Assembly (NCBI GenBank): GCA_964532735.1
Contig: CAZHKK010000003.1
Span: forward strand, 1 to 57,927
DNA from: an uncultured Gammaproteobacteria bacterium
Lineage (GTDB): Bacteria; Patescibacteriota; Patescibacteriia; JAGPKW01
Reading direction: 5' to 3'
Length of the DNA stretch: 57,927 bases
Positions 37,693 through 49,520 of the stretch are shown in pieces. The position numbers and the translations under genes are program-made. Position 1 is the stretch's first letter, and each line of letters begins with the position of its first letter. The notes under the pieces were generated by a model. It did no database searches. It was not told where the DNA came from and saw nothing but the letters and a program-made list of their open reading frames with translations.

Positions 37693-37989
37693 CGTGCCTT
37701 CTTAATTTTACTTAAATTGCAATACTTATAGAGATTTGTCCTTCTCTATAAATCAATTTGAAAACATTCTATCACTTAATTCTCCTGTGGAAAACTATGT
37801 CACTAGTTTATATTTTGTGGAGAAAATGTCAATATCTATCAAATTTGTGTAACTTTACATATAAAGTTATTGACAATTTTTTATACATACATATAAAAAT
37901 TAGTTTTTATTATATACATGTTGATTTTTTTTAAAATATAGTATAAAATATATATTATCTTAGTAATTTTAAATTTTAATTTTTAGAAC
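37693..37989. promoter_or_regulatory. Candidate oriC / dnaA control region
   Basis: DnaA-box-like 9-mers TGTGGAAAA (37786-37794) and TGTGGAGAA (37816-37824), weaker TTATACATA and TTATATACA, then a near-pure AT tract at 37920-37985. Confidence 0.4.
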
Positions 37990-38172
37990 ATGGGTTTACC
38001 ATCAAAGAGAACACCAAAGAATAAGACAAGAACTAGAAATAATCCTGCTAACCATGGAAAGAGTTTAGTGTTAAAATCTACAAATACTTGTCCAAAATGC
38101 GGAAATACAAAACTCTCTCATAGAGCTTGTAAGTTTTGTGGAGCTTATAAAGTAGAGAAAGCTACAAAATAA
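37990..38172 (+). CDS. rpmF: Ribosomal protein L32 (zinc-ribbon type)
   Basis: PKRRTSK-like N-terminus (PSKRTPKNK) and CPKCG...CKFCG. Confidence 0.9.
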   Translation: MGLPSKRTPKNKTRTRNNPANHGKSLVLKSTNTCPKCGNTKLSHRACKFCGAYKVEKATK

Positions 38173-38240
38173 TATCCCTCAAAAACATAAAGTAATATTT
38201 ATGTTTTTGTTTATTTTTAAAAGGTTTTAAGTTTATAATT

Positions 38241-39260
38241 ATGTCTAATAGACACTTAGTTCGTTCAATAGTATTACAAAGTCTTTTTGAATGGGACTTT
38301 AAAGATGGAAATATAAAAATTGATGATGTATTGGAATACAACATTGGTTCTTTCGCTTCTATGTTATCTTTTAAAGATGACTTTCTTCAATTTTTAAGTA
38401 AAGGCGTTACAAGAAATATAAAAAAAATTGATAAAATAATAAAAAACTTTGCTCCAGAATGGCCAATAAATCAAATTTCCACAGTTGATAGAAATATTTT
38501 AAGAATAGCTATTTTTGAATTAATTTATAGCAGTTATACACCATACAAAGTTGTTATAAATGAAGCTATAGAATTAGCTAAAAACTTTAGTGGAGAAAAA
38601 TCTTCAAAATTTATAAATGGTGTATTAGGATCTGTTATAAATGAAATCAATAATCATATTGATAAAATTTATAACATTGATTTTATAATAAAAAACAATG
38701 AGAATAATACTTATCTCTCTATAAAACAAGATAATTGTTTTAAGTTTTTTAGAATTAATAATAAATTTAAAGAAGAAATAGAAAAAGAAAAAGATAATAA
38801 ATTTAAAGAAGAAATAGAAAAAGAAAAAGATAATAAAGATAATAAAGATAATAAATCTTCTGAAATATTAGATAAAAATGAAATAAAAGCAGAAGAAATA
38901 AAGGAAGATATAATAGAATCTGACGAGATACAACCTAAAGAAGAAATAATTATAAATGATAAAGATAATTTCTCTGAATATTTAAATTTTGCATCAAAAG
39001 AATTTTCTAAATATTTTAATATAAATAATTTAAATATAAAATCTATAGATGATGTTAATTACTCTATTATAAAAGAAAACGATAAAAAAGCATTATTCCC
39101 AAAAATAACACTAAAGAATATATTTTTTGTTCTTGTAGAAATAAATAACATTAAAGACATTAAACTTCCAAATGAGACGTTTGAATGGAAAAAAAAAGAA
39201 GATATGCTATCTTCAATAAATTATAAAAATATAAAAAATATCTTAAGTAAAATAATTTAA
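38241..39260 (+). CDS. nusB: NusB antitermination factor with about 200-aa C-terminal extension
   Basis: First ~135 aa are NusB (R..VLQ.LF.....[11 protein letters not shown]...[13 protein letters not shown]......FINGVLG). The rest is low-complexity and Lys/Glu/Asn-rich. Confidence 0.8.
   Translation: MSNRHLVRSIVLQSLFEWDFKDGNIKIDDVLEYNIGSFASMLSFKDDFLQFLSKGVTRNIKKIDKIIKNFAPEWPINQISTVDRNILRIAIFELIYSSYTPYKVVINEAIELAKNFSGEKSSKFINGVLGSVINEINNHIDKIYNIDFIIKNNENNTYLSIKQDNCFKFFRINNKFKEEIEKEKDNKFKEEIEKEKDNKDNKDNKSSEILDKNEIKAEEIKEDIIESDEIQPKEEIIINDKDNFSEYLNFASKEFSKYFNINNLNIKSIDDVNYSIIKENDKKALFPKITLKNIFFVLVEINNIKDIKLPNETFEWKKKEDMLSSINYKNIKNILSKII
38761..38856 (+). repeat. In-frame tandem repeats in the nusB extension
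   Basis: A 36-bp unit twice (38761-38796, 38797-38832), followed by GATAATAAA about three times. Confidence 0.85.
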
Positions 39261-39277
39261 AAAATAATTTTTCTAAT

Positions 39278-39991
39278 ATGGATGAACGCTTAAAAGAACT
39301 AGAAAAGAAAATAAAAATACCTTTTAAAAATAAAAATACCTTAAAAAATGCTCTTGTTCATAGATCCTTTTTGAATGAAAAAACAGATTTTGAACTTTCA
39401 AGCAATGAAAGACTTGAATTCCTTGGAGATGCAGTTTTGGAACTTGTTGTAACTGAATTTTTATTTAAACATCAAAAAGAAGAAGAAGGAGTTTTAACAA
39501 GCTTTAGAGCTAGTTTAGTTAATACAGATATGTTAAGTAGAGTGGCAAATGAATTAAATATAACAGAATATCTTTATTTAAGTAAAGGAGAAAAAAGTGA
39601 TATAAATTCAAAATCAAAAAAAAGTATATTAGCTGATGCTTGTGAAGCTATAATTGGAGCAATTTATTTAGATCAAGGATTTTCAAAAGCTAAAAAATTT
39701 ATACAAGAAAACTTATTAATTCATTTTAATGAAATTTTAGAAAGTAAATCTTATATAGATTTTAAAACATTTTTCCAAGAAGTTGCTCAAGAAAAAATAG
39801 GAATAACACCAACATATAAAGTACTTGAAGAATCTGGTCCCGATCATGATAAAATATTTAAAATAGGACTTTATATAGGTGAAGAAGAAATATCTACGGG
39901 AATTGGAAAAAATAAACAAAAAGCCCAAGAAGATGCTGCTAAAAATGGTATAGAAAAAAAAGATTGGTGGAATGAAATAAAAGACAAATAA
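39278..39991 (+). CDS. rnc: Ribonuclease III
   Basis: ERLEFLGDAVL signature and a C-terminal dsRBD (KD.KT.LQE....). Confidence 0.92.
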   Translation: MDERLKELEKKIKIPFKNKNTLKNALVHRSFLNEKTDFELSSNERLEFLGDAVLELVVTEFLFKHQKEEEGVLTSFRASLVNTDMLSRVANELNITEYLYLSKGEKSDINSKSKKSILADACEAIIGAIYLDQGFSKAKKFIQENLLIHFNEILESKSYIDFKTFFQEVAQEKIGITPTYKVLEESGPDHDKIFKIGLYIGEEEISTGIGKNKQKAQEDAAKNGIEKKDWWNEIKDK

Positions 39992-40022
39992 AAAAATAGC
40001 AATAAACTTGCTATTTTTTTTA
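39991..40022 (+). terminator. Terminator after rnc
   Basis: AATAGCAA-TAAAC-TTGCTATT followed by a T-run. Confidence 0.6.
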
Positions 40023-40077
40023 TTACAATAAAATAGATATACTAGACTTTTTAGACAAATAAAAAAGAAGAACATTG

Positions 40078-40197
<120 letters not shown>

Positions 40198-40295
40198 TTA
40201 GTTTCCAGCTATTGAAGACTTGTAAACTTAAAATTAAATAGAGATTTAGAATAGTTTAATGTAGCATTTATTAACCAAAGAATTTCATCATTATT

Positions 40296-43264
<2,969 letters not shown>

Positions 43265-43661
43265 ACAAGAATAACGAAATTCTTGTTTATTCTCTCGAAT
43301 GTTATTTTAAAACATATTTAAGTAACAATATATGAGAAATTACATATATTAATTAATACTTTTTACTCGCTTTCTTATAGGTAGACTTAGACCTATAAGA
43401 AATATTCTAAATTCACTCTCTATTTAATTTTTAATCTACAAATCTTTAACAACTGAATTTAGGCTAAAACATTTTTTAGACTATGTCAAATGTTAAATTT
43501 AGACAACAAAAAATAACCAATAGCATTTATTATTATAAAAATTGTGATAATAGCAAATGCTTAGAGGTTATTAATAATTTATTATAACTTAAGCGTTCTG
43601 GTTTTCCTACTTTTGTTTTCTTATTTTTTGGATGTTAAGTATTATAGTCTAAAAAATTTTT

Positions 43662-44885
43662 TTAGTCAATACCCCATTTTTTTATGATGTTATCAACATC
43701 AATTTCTGGCTTTTTTTTGCATAAATTTTTAATAGATTGAGATAAAACTATTTCGTATAAAACTTTCTCTCTTGGGTCTTTTTTTTCTGAAAAAATTATT
43801 TTATTTGTTTTTATCATAGACCTTTCTATTTCTTCTGAAATTTTTTTAAATTGTTCATTTTCGTCTTCAGAATAATCCAAAACCTTTGATATCATAAGCT
43901 TAACATTGTTTATTTTTTTTGTAAAAGAAGCATACCCATCAAAAATATTTTTGATCTTATCATTATCTTGAGACATTTTATATAATTTTGTTAAAAAATA
44001 TATTTTTGAAGTTTTCTTTTGATAATCAGATCTTATATCCGCCAATTCTACAATTATTTCTCTTTTTTCTTCTACAGATAATTTATAATCCAAGTTTATT
44101 CTTCTTATTTCTAATTCTTTTTTTAATTTTTCTTCTATTTCTTTTAATTCTCCATCGTTAGCGTATCCTGTATCTATATGAAAAAATATTTTATTTAAAA
44201 TATCAAAACTCTTATCAAATTTAAAATTGTTAAAATTTAATTCAATTTTATCTATTATATCTTTCGTTTTTATTGATTTACCTTTAAAAGATTCTAGTGT
44301 TTTTTCTATTATTCTAGATGAAGCATATATAGCTTGATCTCCTCCTTTGTGCCCGTATAATTCATTAAAATAATTTAAATACATAAGATCAATAAAAACA
44401 ACTTCTACTCCTATATCTCTACTGATAACAATTACAAATTCATCTCCACCATATCTGTAAATTTCAATATCATTAATGTTTGAACTATTTAATTTTTCTG
44501 TTTTTTCTCTTTTTATTATCAAATTTGTAAGGTGATGATAGCAAAGTTTTTTAATTTTAAGACCACTAACTTCATCTAATGAAAGTTTTTGTATTATATT
44601 ATTAATTTCTCCTAAAAAAACTCTTAATTTAAAAGAACACCTACTATTTTCTTCTAAAAAATTTTTTATTAAAATTATATTTTCTTTATTTTCTTTGTTT
44701 TTTTTAATATCTCTTTCTATTTCATTAAAAGCTTCAAAAGCTTCCATTGTTAATTCGTGTATACTATTTGATTTATTATAAAAATCCAACAAATCTAATT
44801 CTGTTTGTTTTATGTTTATTCTTTTATTACTATCTAAATCAATACCTTCTTTTTTGTTATTTTTTTTGAAATCAAAAAAAGCCAT
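43662..44885 (-). CDS. GGDEF-like protein with reversed motif order plus coiled-coil C-terminal region
   Basis: DEVSGLKIKK (D.LTGL.NR-like), RYGGDEF at aa 144-150, then FIDL..FNELYGHKGGD at aa 164-183. The order is opposite to canonical GGDEF domains. Confidence 0.6.
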   Translation of the reverse strand: MAFFDFKKNNKKEGIDLDSNKRINIKQTELDLLDFYNKSNSIHELTMEAFEAFNEIERDIKKNKENKENIILIKNFLEENSRCSFKLRVFLGEINNIIQKLSLDEVSGLKIKKLCYHHLTNLIIKREKTEKLNSSNINDIEIYRYGGDEFVIVISRDIGVEVVFIDLMYLNYFNELYGHKGGDQAIYASSRIIEKTLESFKGKSIKTKDIIDKIELNFNNFKFDKSFDILNKIFFHIDTGYANDGELKEIEEKLKKELEIRRINLDYKLSVEEKREIIVELADIRSDYQKKTSKIYFLTKLYKMSQDNDKIKNIFDGYASFTKKINNVKLMISKVLDYSEDENEQFKKISEEIERSMIKTNKIIFSEKKDPREKVLYEIVLSQSIKNLCKKKPEIDVDNIIKKWGID

Positions 44886-44953
44886 TATTTTAAACCTTTA
44901 TTTTTAATATTTTAAATTATATCATAATATATAAAAAAGAAAAAAGAAAATAA

Positions 44954-45820
44954 TTACAAATTATTTTCTTTTAATGTTAAGCTTGCTAATTTAATTGCTG
45001 AATTTTTTGTTATCGTACTAGCAATAAAACCATTAGCATGACAAAAAATAAAATCATCTATTCCAGTCATTTCAAACAATTTTTCTTTTGTTTCTCCTCT
45101 CCATTGTTCTTTTAATCCTATCCTATTTTCAAAAGAATTAAGTTCTTTTGGGATCATTCTAACCATCCATTTTTCTTTATTTTTTTCTGGATATATAACT
45201 ATTAAATTATCTGTTTTTATTATTTCTTCTTGCCAATTACAATATTCATCCAAAACAACTATTTTATTTTTTGCATTTAAAATTGCATCATTTACTATTT
45301 CCTTTGATAATAATATTGATTTTTCTTTTTCTATTTTTCTTAAAATTATTTTTTGAGCCACCTTTACTATTTTTAAAAATTCTTTATCATAATCCATTTT
45401 CTCATTCCAATTTGGATTAAATAAACCAATAGTTTCCGATATTGATATACTAAAATCATTTTTGTTTGGATTATAACCACTATCTATTGCATCTATATAT
45501 TTAACAAAATTTTCATCAATTCTATTAACTATTTCTTTGTTACCACATAAATTAATTCCAAATTTTTTCCATATTAAGCCAAAAGAAGCATAAGGATAAC
45601 CATCTAATCTTTCCCCTGCTCTTCCAAATTGATGATGATCAAAATATTTTTTACCATCATATTCCCCCCCAACATCAAAAACAATATCACCTTTTTTAAA
45701 ATATTTTTCTTCTCTTGTTCTTATTATTTTTGAGTTTTTAAAAATTAATTTTAAAATAGCTGCTGAAAAAACATCGTCTGCATGAAAAGTATTATTGTGT
45801 GTAACTAATAACATAATCAA
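44954..45820 (-). CDS. MYG1/UPF0160-family metal-dependent phosphoesterase
   Basis: N-terminus THNNTFHADDVFSAAIL and an internal DHH motif (YFDHHQ), typical of MYG1. Confidence 0.8.
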   Translation of the reverse strand: MIMLLVTHNNTFHADDVFSAAILKLIFKNSKIIRTREEKYFKKGDIVFDVGGEYDGKKYFDHHQFGRAGERLDGYPYASFGLIWKKFGINLCGNKEIVNRIDENFVKYIDAIDSGYNPNKNDFSISISETIGLFNPNWNEKMDYDKEFLKIVKVAQKIILRKIEKEKSILLSKEIVNDAILNAKNKIVVLDEYCNWQEEIIKTDNLIVIYPEKNKEKWMVRMIPKELNSFENRIGLKEQWRGETKEKLFEMTGIDDFIFCHANGFIASTITKNSAIKLASLTLKENNL

Positions 45821-45832
45821 CTAAATTACTAA

Positions 45833-47170
45833 TTAGATTGCGTTTTTTATTGTATCATATTTCGGATATTTTTCTAAACCTAAAAACAAAAAAAACATAA
45901 TTAAGCCAAAATATTCTGTCCAAATAAAATGATCAAAAATACTAAATAACAAAATAAAAATAAAAGAAATAATAATTTTAAAATCTTTATTAAAAATAAA
46001 CTTATTTAATATTAATGCTAGATATAATACAAAGGAAAATAATCCTAATTCTAAAAATACTAACAGATAAACATTGTGTATTGGTTTTAAGTCCCAAACA
46101 TTTAATTGTTTATTTTCGTTTAATTTGTTTATTGCATAATTTCTTCCTCCAATTCCTACTAAATATTTTGTTTTTATATTTTTAATAAAATCTTTAATTT
46201 GGTAGATTCTTTCATTTGTTGATTGTAAAACTAATCTATTATTATTATCAACTCTAGAAGCTAAAATATCTATTGAAGGAAAAGATATTGATAATAGAGT
46301 AAAAATTAATATTAAAAAAATATTAAAACCAGTTTTATATTCTTTAATATTTTTATTTTTAATATATTCATAAAATTTATAAAATAAACAGCAAATAAAT
46401 AAAATTAAAAATAAAAATATTGAGATTCTTGAAAAAGTAAATAATAGTCCTAAAAAATTTATACCAAATATATATATATAATATATAATTTTAAAATCTA
46501 TTTTTTTAGTTTCTAATAACTCTTTATTCTTTTTATGGTCCATTATTTTTATCAATATAAACAATAAACCTATCAGTAAAAATAAACCAAGCATATTTGG
46601 ATGAGGGAACAAACCATAACTTTTTAATATCCTTCCAAAATTACCTTCTATTACATAAGTTCCTAAATTATAAGATAATTGCTCAGAAACTCCTAAAAAT
46701 TTATTTGAATAGATAGATTGTATTATAAATTGATATATAGAAAAAAAAGCTTGAATACTAGAGCTTATTATAAAACAATTCATAAACCAATTCATATTAA
46801 TCTTGTTTATAAAAATAATAAAAGAAAAAGTAGATAATATTAATATATTTATATTGTTATATATAGAAACCGATTTATCTGTTGAAAAAAATGTTGACAA
46901 CAATAAAGATAAATTAAATAGAATTAATAATATTAAAAATATTTTTGCCTTTTTTTCTAAATAAATTTTATTTTTAAATGAAAAAATTATTCCATACACA
47001 ACAAATAAAACAACCAATAAATTTAATAAGTATATCGATATTGTCCCATACTCAAAAAAATTATTATTTATTTTTTCTGTTATTAAAAAATATCTTGTCT
47101 GTAAAGGAAGCAAGATTATTATTATCAAAAACAATATATTAAAAAATTTTTTTGTAAAAATACTATTCAT
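45833..47170 (-). CDS. O-antigen ligase/polymerase-like (Wzy_C) polytopic membrane protein
   Basis: More than 10 TM helices and a central loop ...PHPNMLG...FSRIS... pattern. Confidence 0.6.
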   Translation of the reverse strand: MNSIFTKKFFNILFLIIIILLPLQTRYFLITEKINNNFFEYGTISIYLLNLLVVLFVVYGIIFSFKNKIYLEKKAKIFLILLILFNLSLLLSTFFSTDKSVSIYNNINILILSTFSFIIFINKINMNWFMNCFIISSSIQAFFSIYQFIIQSIYSNKFLGVSEQLSYNLGTYVIEGNFGRILKSYGLFPHPNMLGLFLLIGLLFILIKIMDHKKNKELLETKKIDFKIIYYIYIFGINFLGLLFTFSRISIFLFLILFICCLFYKFYEYIKNKNIKEYKTGFNIFLILIFTLLSISFPSIDILASRVDNNNRLVLQSTNERIYQIKDFIKNIKTKYLVGIGGRNYAINKLNENKQLNVWDLKPIHNVYLLVFLELGLFSFVLYLALILNKFIFNKDFKIIISFIFILLFSIFDHFIWTEYFGLIMFFLFLGLEKYPKYDTIKNAI

Positions 47171-47172
47171 AA

Positions 47173-48105
47173 CTACTCTTTTATTTTTTCTAAAAATAAA
47201 TTTTGGAAATATTTTCTATTATTATTGTTATGCAACTTTATCATTGTGTCATCAACATAAACGTCTTCTGTATTTCCTTCTTGTATTATTTTTTTAATAC
47301 TTAATGGAAACATTTTCATTTCTATTTTTTTTGAAATTTTATTAAATAAATTTATTGAAAATACTTTTGTTATTTTTCTAATTATTTTTTTATAAAACTT
47401 ATTCTCTATAGATCTTTTATACCCAGTTTTATATTCAAATATATTTGATATTTTTTCTCTTGACCAAGAATTTTCAAAAATAAATCTTGAATATATACTG
47501 CATGGATCAAATATTGGAACTACTTGATTTATCCAATAAATATAATATATATCGTCCTGAGAACAAACTTTTTTTAGATTCAAATTTTTTTCATCTAAAA
47601 ATATCGTTAAACATATTTTATCTTTTTTAGATTTTTCTGTAGGCCTCAAGTTTAAAAACTGAGCAACTAAAACTAAAATCATTCTTGCTAACCAAATTCT
47701 ATTTTTTTTAGTTATCACAAATAAATCTATATCACTATCGTTTCTTGCATTGTCTATAGACATACTATTTGCTATAAAAACAGCTTTTATAAAATTAAAA
47801 TTAGATATAAAATTTATAAATTTTATTCCATTTTTATATTTTTTATAACTATGAAAATAATTATTTTTTCTTTTTTCAACAATAAAATCTCTATTTTGTA
47901 AAAAATAAAATGAGTCTTTTTGACTTATTTTTGTTTTTAAAAAATTACTATTATCAAGACAATACAAAACATCTTTTAATTCTATTTTATATTTAGAATA
48001 TAAATTTTTCCATATTTCGAAACTTGTTAATGGAAAATTAAAAATATCAAAATAAATAATAGTATTAAATATATTTTTTTCTAAATCAATACACATATTA
48101 GACAA
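47173..48105 (-). CDS. Hypothetical protein with Pol-beta-type nucleotidyltransferase motif
   Basis: ANSMS....NDSDIDLFVIT resembles the GS...DxD minimal NTase signature. The remainder is unassigned. Confidence 0.45.
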   Translation of the reverse strand: MSNMCIDLEKNIFNTIIYFDIFNFPLTSFEIWKNLYSKYKIELKDVLYCLDNSNFLKTKISQKDSFYFLQNRDFIVEKRKNNYFHSYKKYKNGIKFINFISNFNFIKAVFIANSMSIDNARNDSDIDLFVITKKNRIWLARMILVLVAQFLNLRPTEKSKKDKICLTIFLDEKNLNLKKVCSQDDIYYIYWINQVVPIFDPCSIYSRFIFENSWSREKISNIFEYKTGYKRSIENKFYKKIIRKITKVFSINLFNKISKKIEMKMFPLSIKKIIQEGNTEDVYVDDTMIKLHNNNNRKYFQNLFLEKIKE

Positions 48106-48160
48106 TTTGGTTTGTTTAATTTTTTTATTTCAAACCTTCTTTTGGCGTTATTTTATCATA

Positions 48161-48198
48161 AAAAAAAGAAGACTGCTCTGTGTATAACTTAGCAGTCT
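48161..48198 (-). terminator. Terminator after the secreted-protein gene
   Basis: AGACTGCT/AGCAGTCT stem followed by a U-run on the minus strand. Confidence 0.55.
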
Positions 48199-48232
48199 CC
48201 CAAAAAATATAAATTCTCCAAAAAATTTATAT

Positions 48233-49300
48233 TTATTTATTATCTAAATCGTTTTCATTATCTTCTTCGAAAAGATTGTCTATAAACTTCTTAACTTTAT
48301 CTCTATTTTCTGATATTAGCCAAAAAATAATTAACAATATTGCTACAATAAACAGTATTATTCCTATTGTAATTGAATTATCTTTTTTTTCTTTTATAAC
48401 ACCAGTGTTTTTATCAGCGTCTTTTGAATTATTATTTTTGTTTTCCCCTGTATTTTTGTCTGTTTGATTAATTACTTCCTTATTATTTTCTATTTTTTCA
48501 TTTTTTACTTCTGTAGGACTAGAGTTCAAAATTATTTTTTCATTAGTAGTAGGATATTTAACATCAAAATAAATTAGTTTTGATTTTGAAACTTTATTAT
48601 CATTTTTATCATAACTTAAAATAAAAGCTTTATGTGTTCCTTCTTTTATGTTTTTAACAGCAAGAGCAAAATAAACATCAGAAGTGTTTCCTTGTAAAGA
48701 ATTTATAAATCTAACTTTAATATCATCAACATAAACTTCTATTCTATCTCCAAGACTTCCATAACCTCTTATGACATAAGTTGACGGATTATCAGCATAA
48801 TAATAAGGAGTTAATATTTCTGGAGTCTTATAACCTTCAACAACTTCAAATTGAACTTTATTACTAGAACCATAATCTATTCCATTTTTTGTAGAAACAA
48901 AATTAACATTATGTTTTCCTAAAGATAATTTTTGTATTGGTTGATAAAAAAATCCGGAAATACCTGTTTTACTAGGCCAAACTTCTAATGTTGCTCTATA
49001 AACACCATCTATATAAACCTTAATATTATAACCACTTTTAACTTCTCCCTTTATAATTTGTGCTCCATCTAATTTTCCATTTTGCTTTAGGTTTGTTACC
49101 AATGGAATAATATTTTCTTTTTCTATATCTATAATTTTTTCAGAAGAATTAATAGATAAATCTAAAACAACATCTTCTTTTATTATTTCATTAGAAAAAG
49201 GAGCCACATCGTCTACATTTGCTAAAACTTCATTTAAATTAAATAAAGAAAAAATAAAAGTAAAAATAAGAAAAGTAATAATTTTATTTATATTATTCAT
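48233..49300 (-). CDS. Secreted/surface protein with C-terminal membrane anchor
   Basis: N-terminal signal peptide, two similar beta-rich modules (IKVYIDGVY / IEVYVDDIK), and a C-terminal TM helix. Confidence 0.55.
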   Translation of the reverse strand: MNNINKIITFLIFTFIFSLFNLNEVLANVDDVAPFSNEIIKEDVVLDLSINSSEKIIDIEKENIIPLVTNLKQNGKLDGAQIIKGEVKSGYNIKVYIDGVYRATLEVWPSKTGISGFFYQPIQKLSLGKHNVNFVSTKNGIDYGSSNKVQFEVVEGYKTPEILTPYYYADNPSTYVIRGYGSLGDRIEVYVDDIKVRFINSLQGNTSDVYFALAVKNIKEGTHKAFILSYDKNDNKVSKSKLIYFDVKYPTTNEKIILNSSPTEVKNEKIENNKEVINQTDKNTGENKNNNSKDADKNTGVIKEKKDNSITIGIILFIVAILLIIFWLISENRDKVKKFIDNLFEEDNENDLDNK

Positions 49301-49460
49301 AATAATAAATATTATACTTTATTTAATAACGACCTTTCTCCTATTTTGTATGAATCATACTTTTTAATGTTCGTAGTCAGTTTTACCATATAATCTAACA
49401 CTGACAATAATTTTAATATCAGCAATACATTACAATATTTGTGTTTGTTGTGCAACAAGG

Positions 49461-49483
49461 TTATACACAATTAGTTTTCCACA
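49461..49483 (+). promoter_or_regulatory. Two tandem DnaA-box matches upstream of recQ
   Basis: TTATACACA (49461-49469) and TTTTCCACA (49475-49483). Both fit TTWTNCACA in the same orientation. Confidence 0.45.
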
Positions 49484-49520
49484 AAAAAATTAATTAGAAA
49501 TTAATCAGTATTCTGATAGA

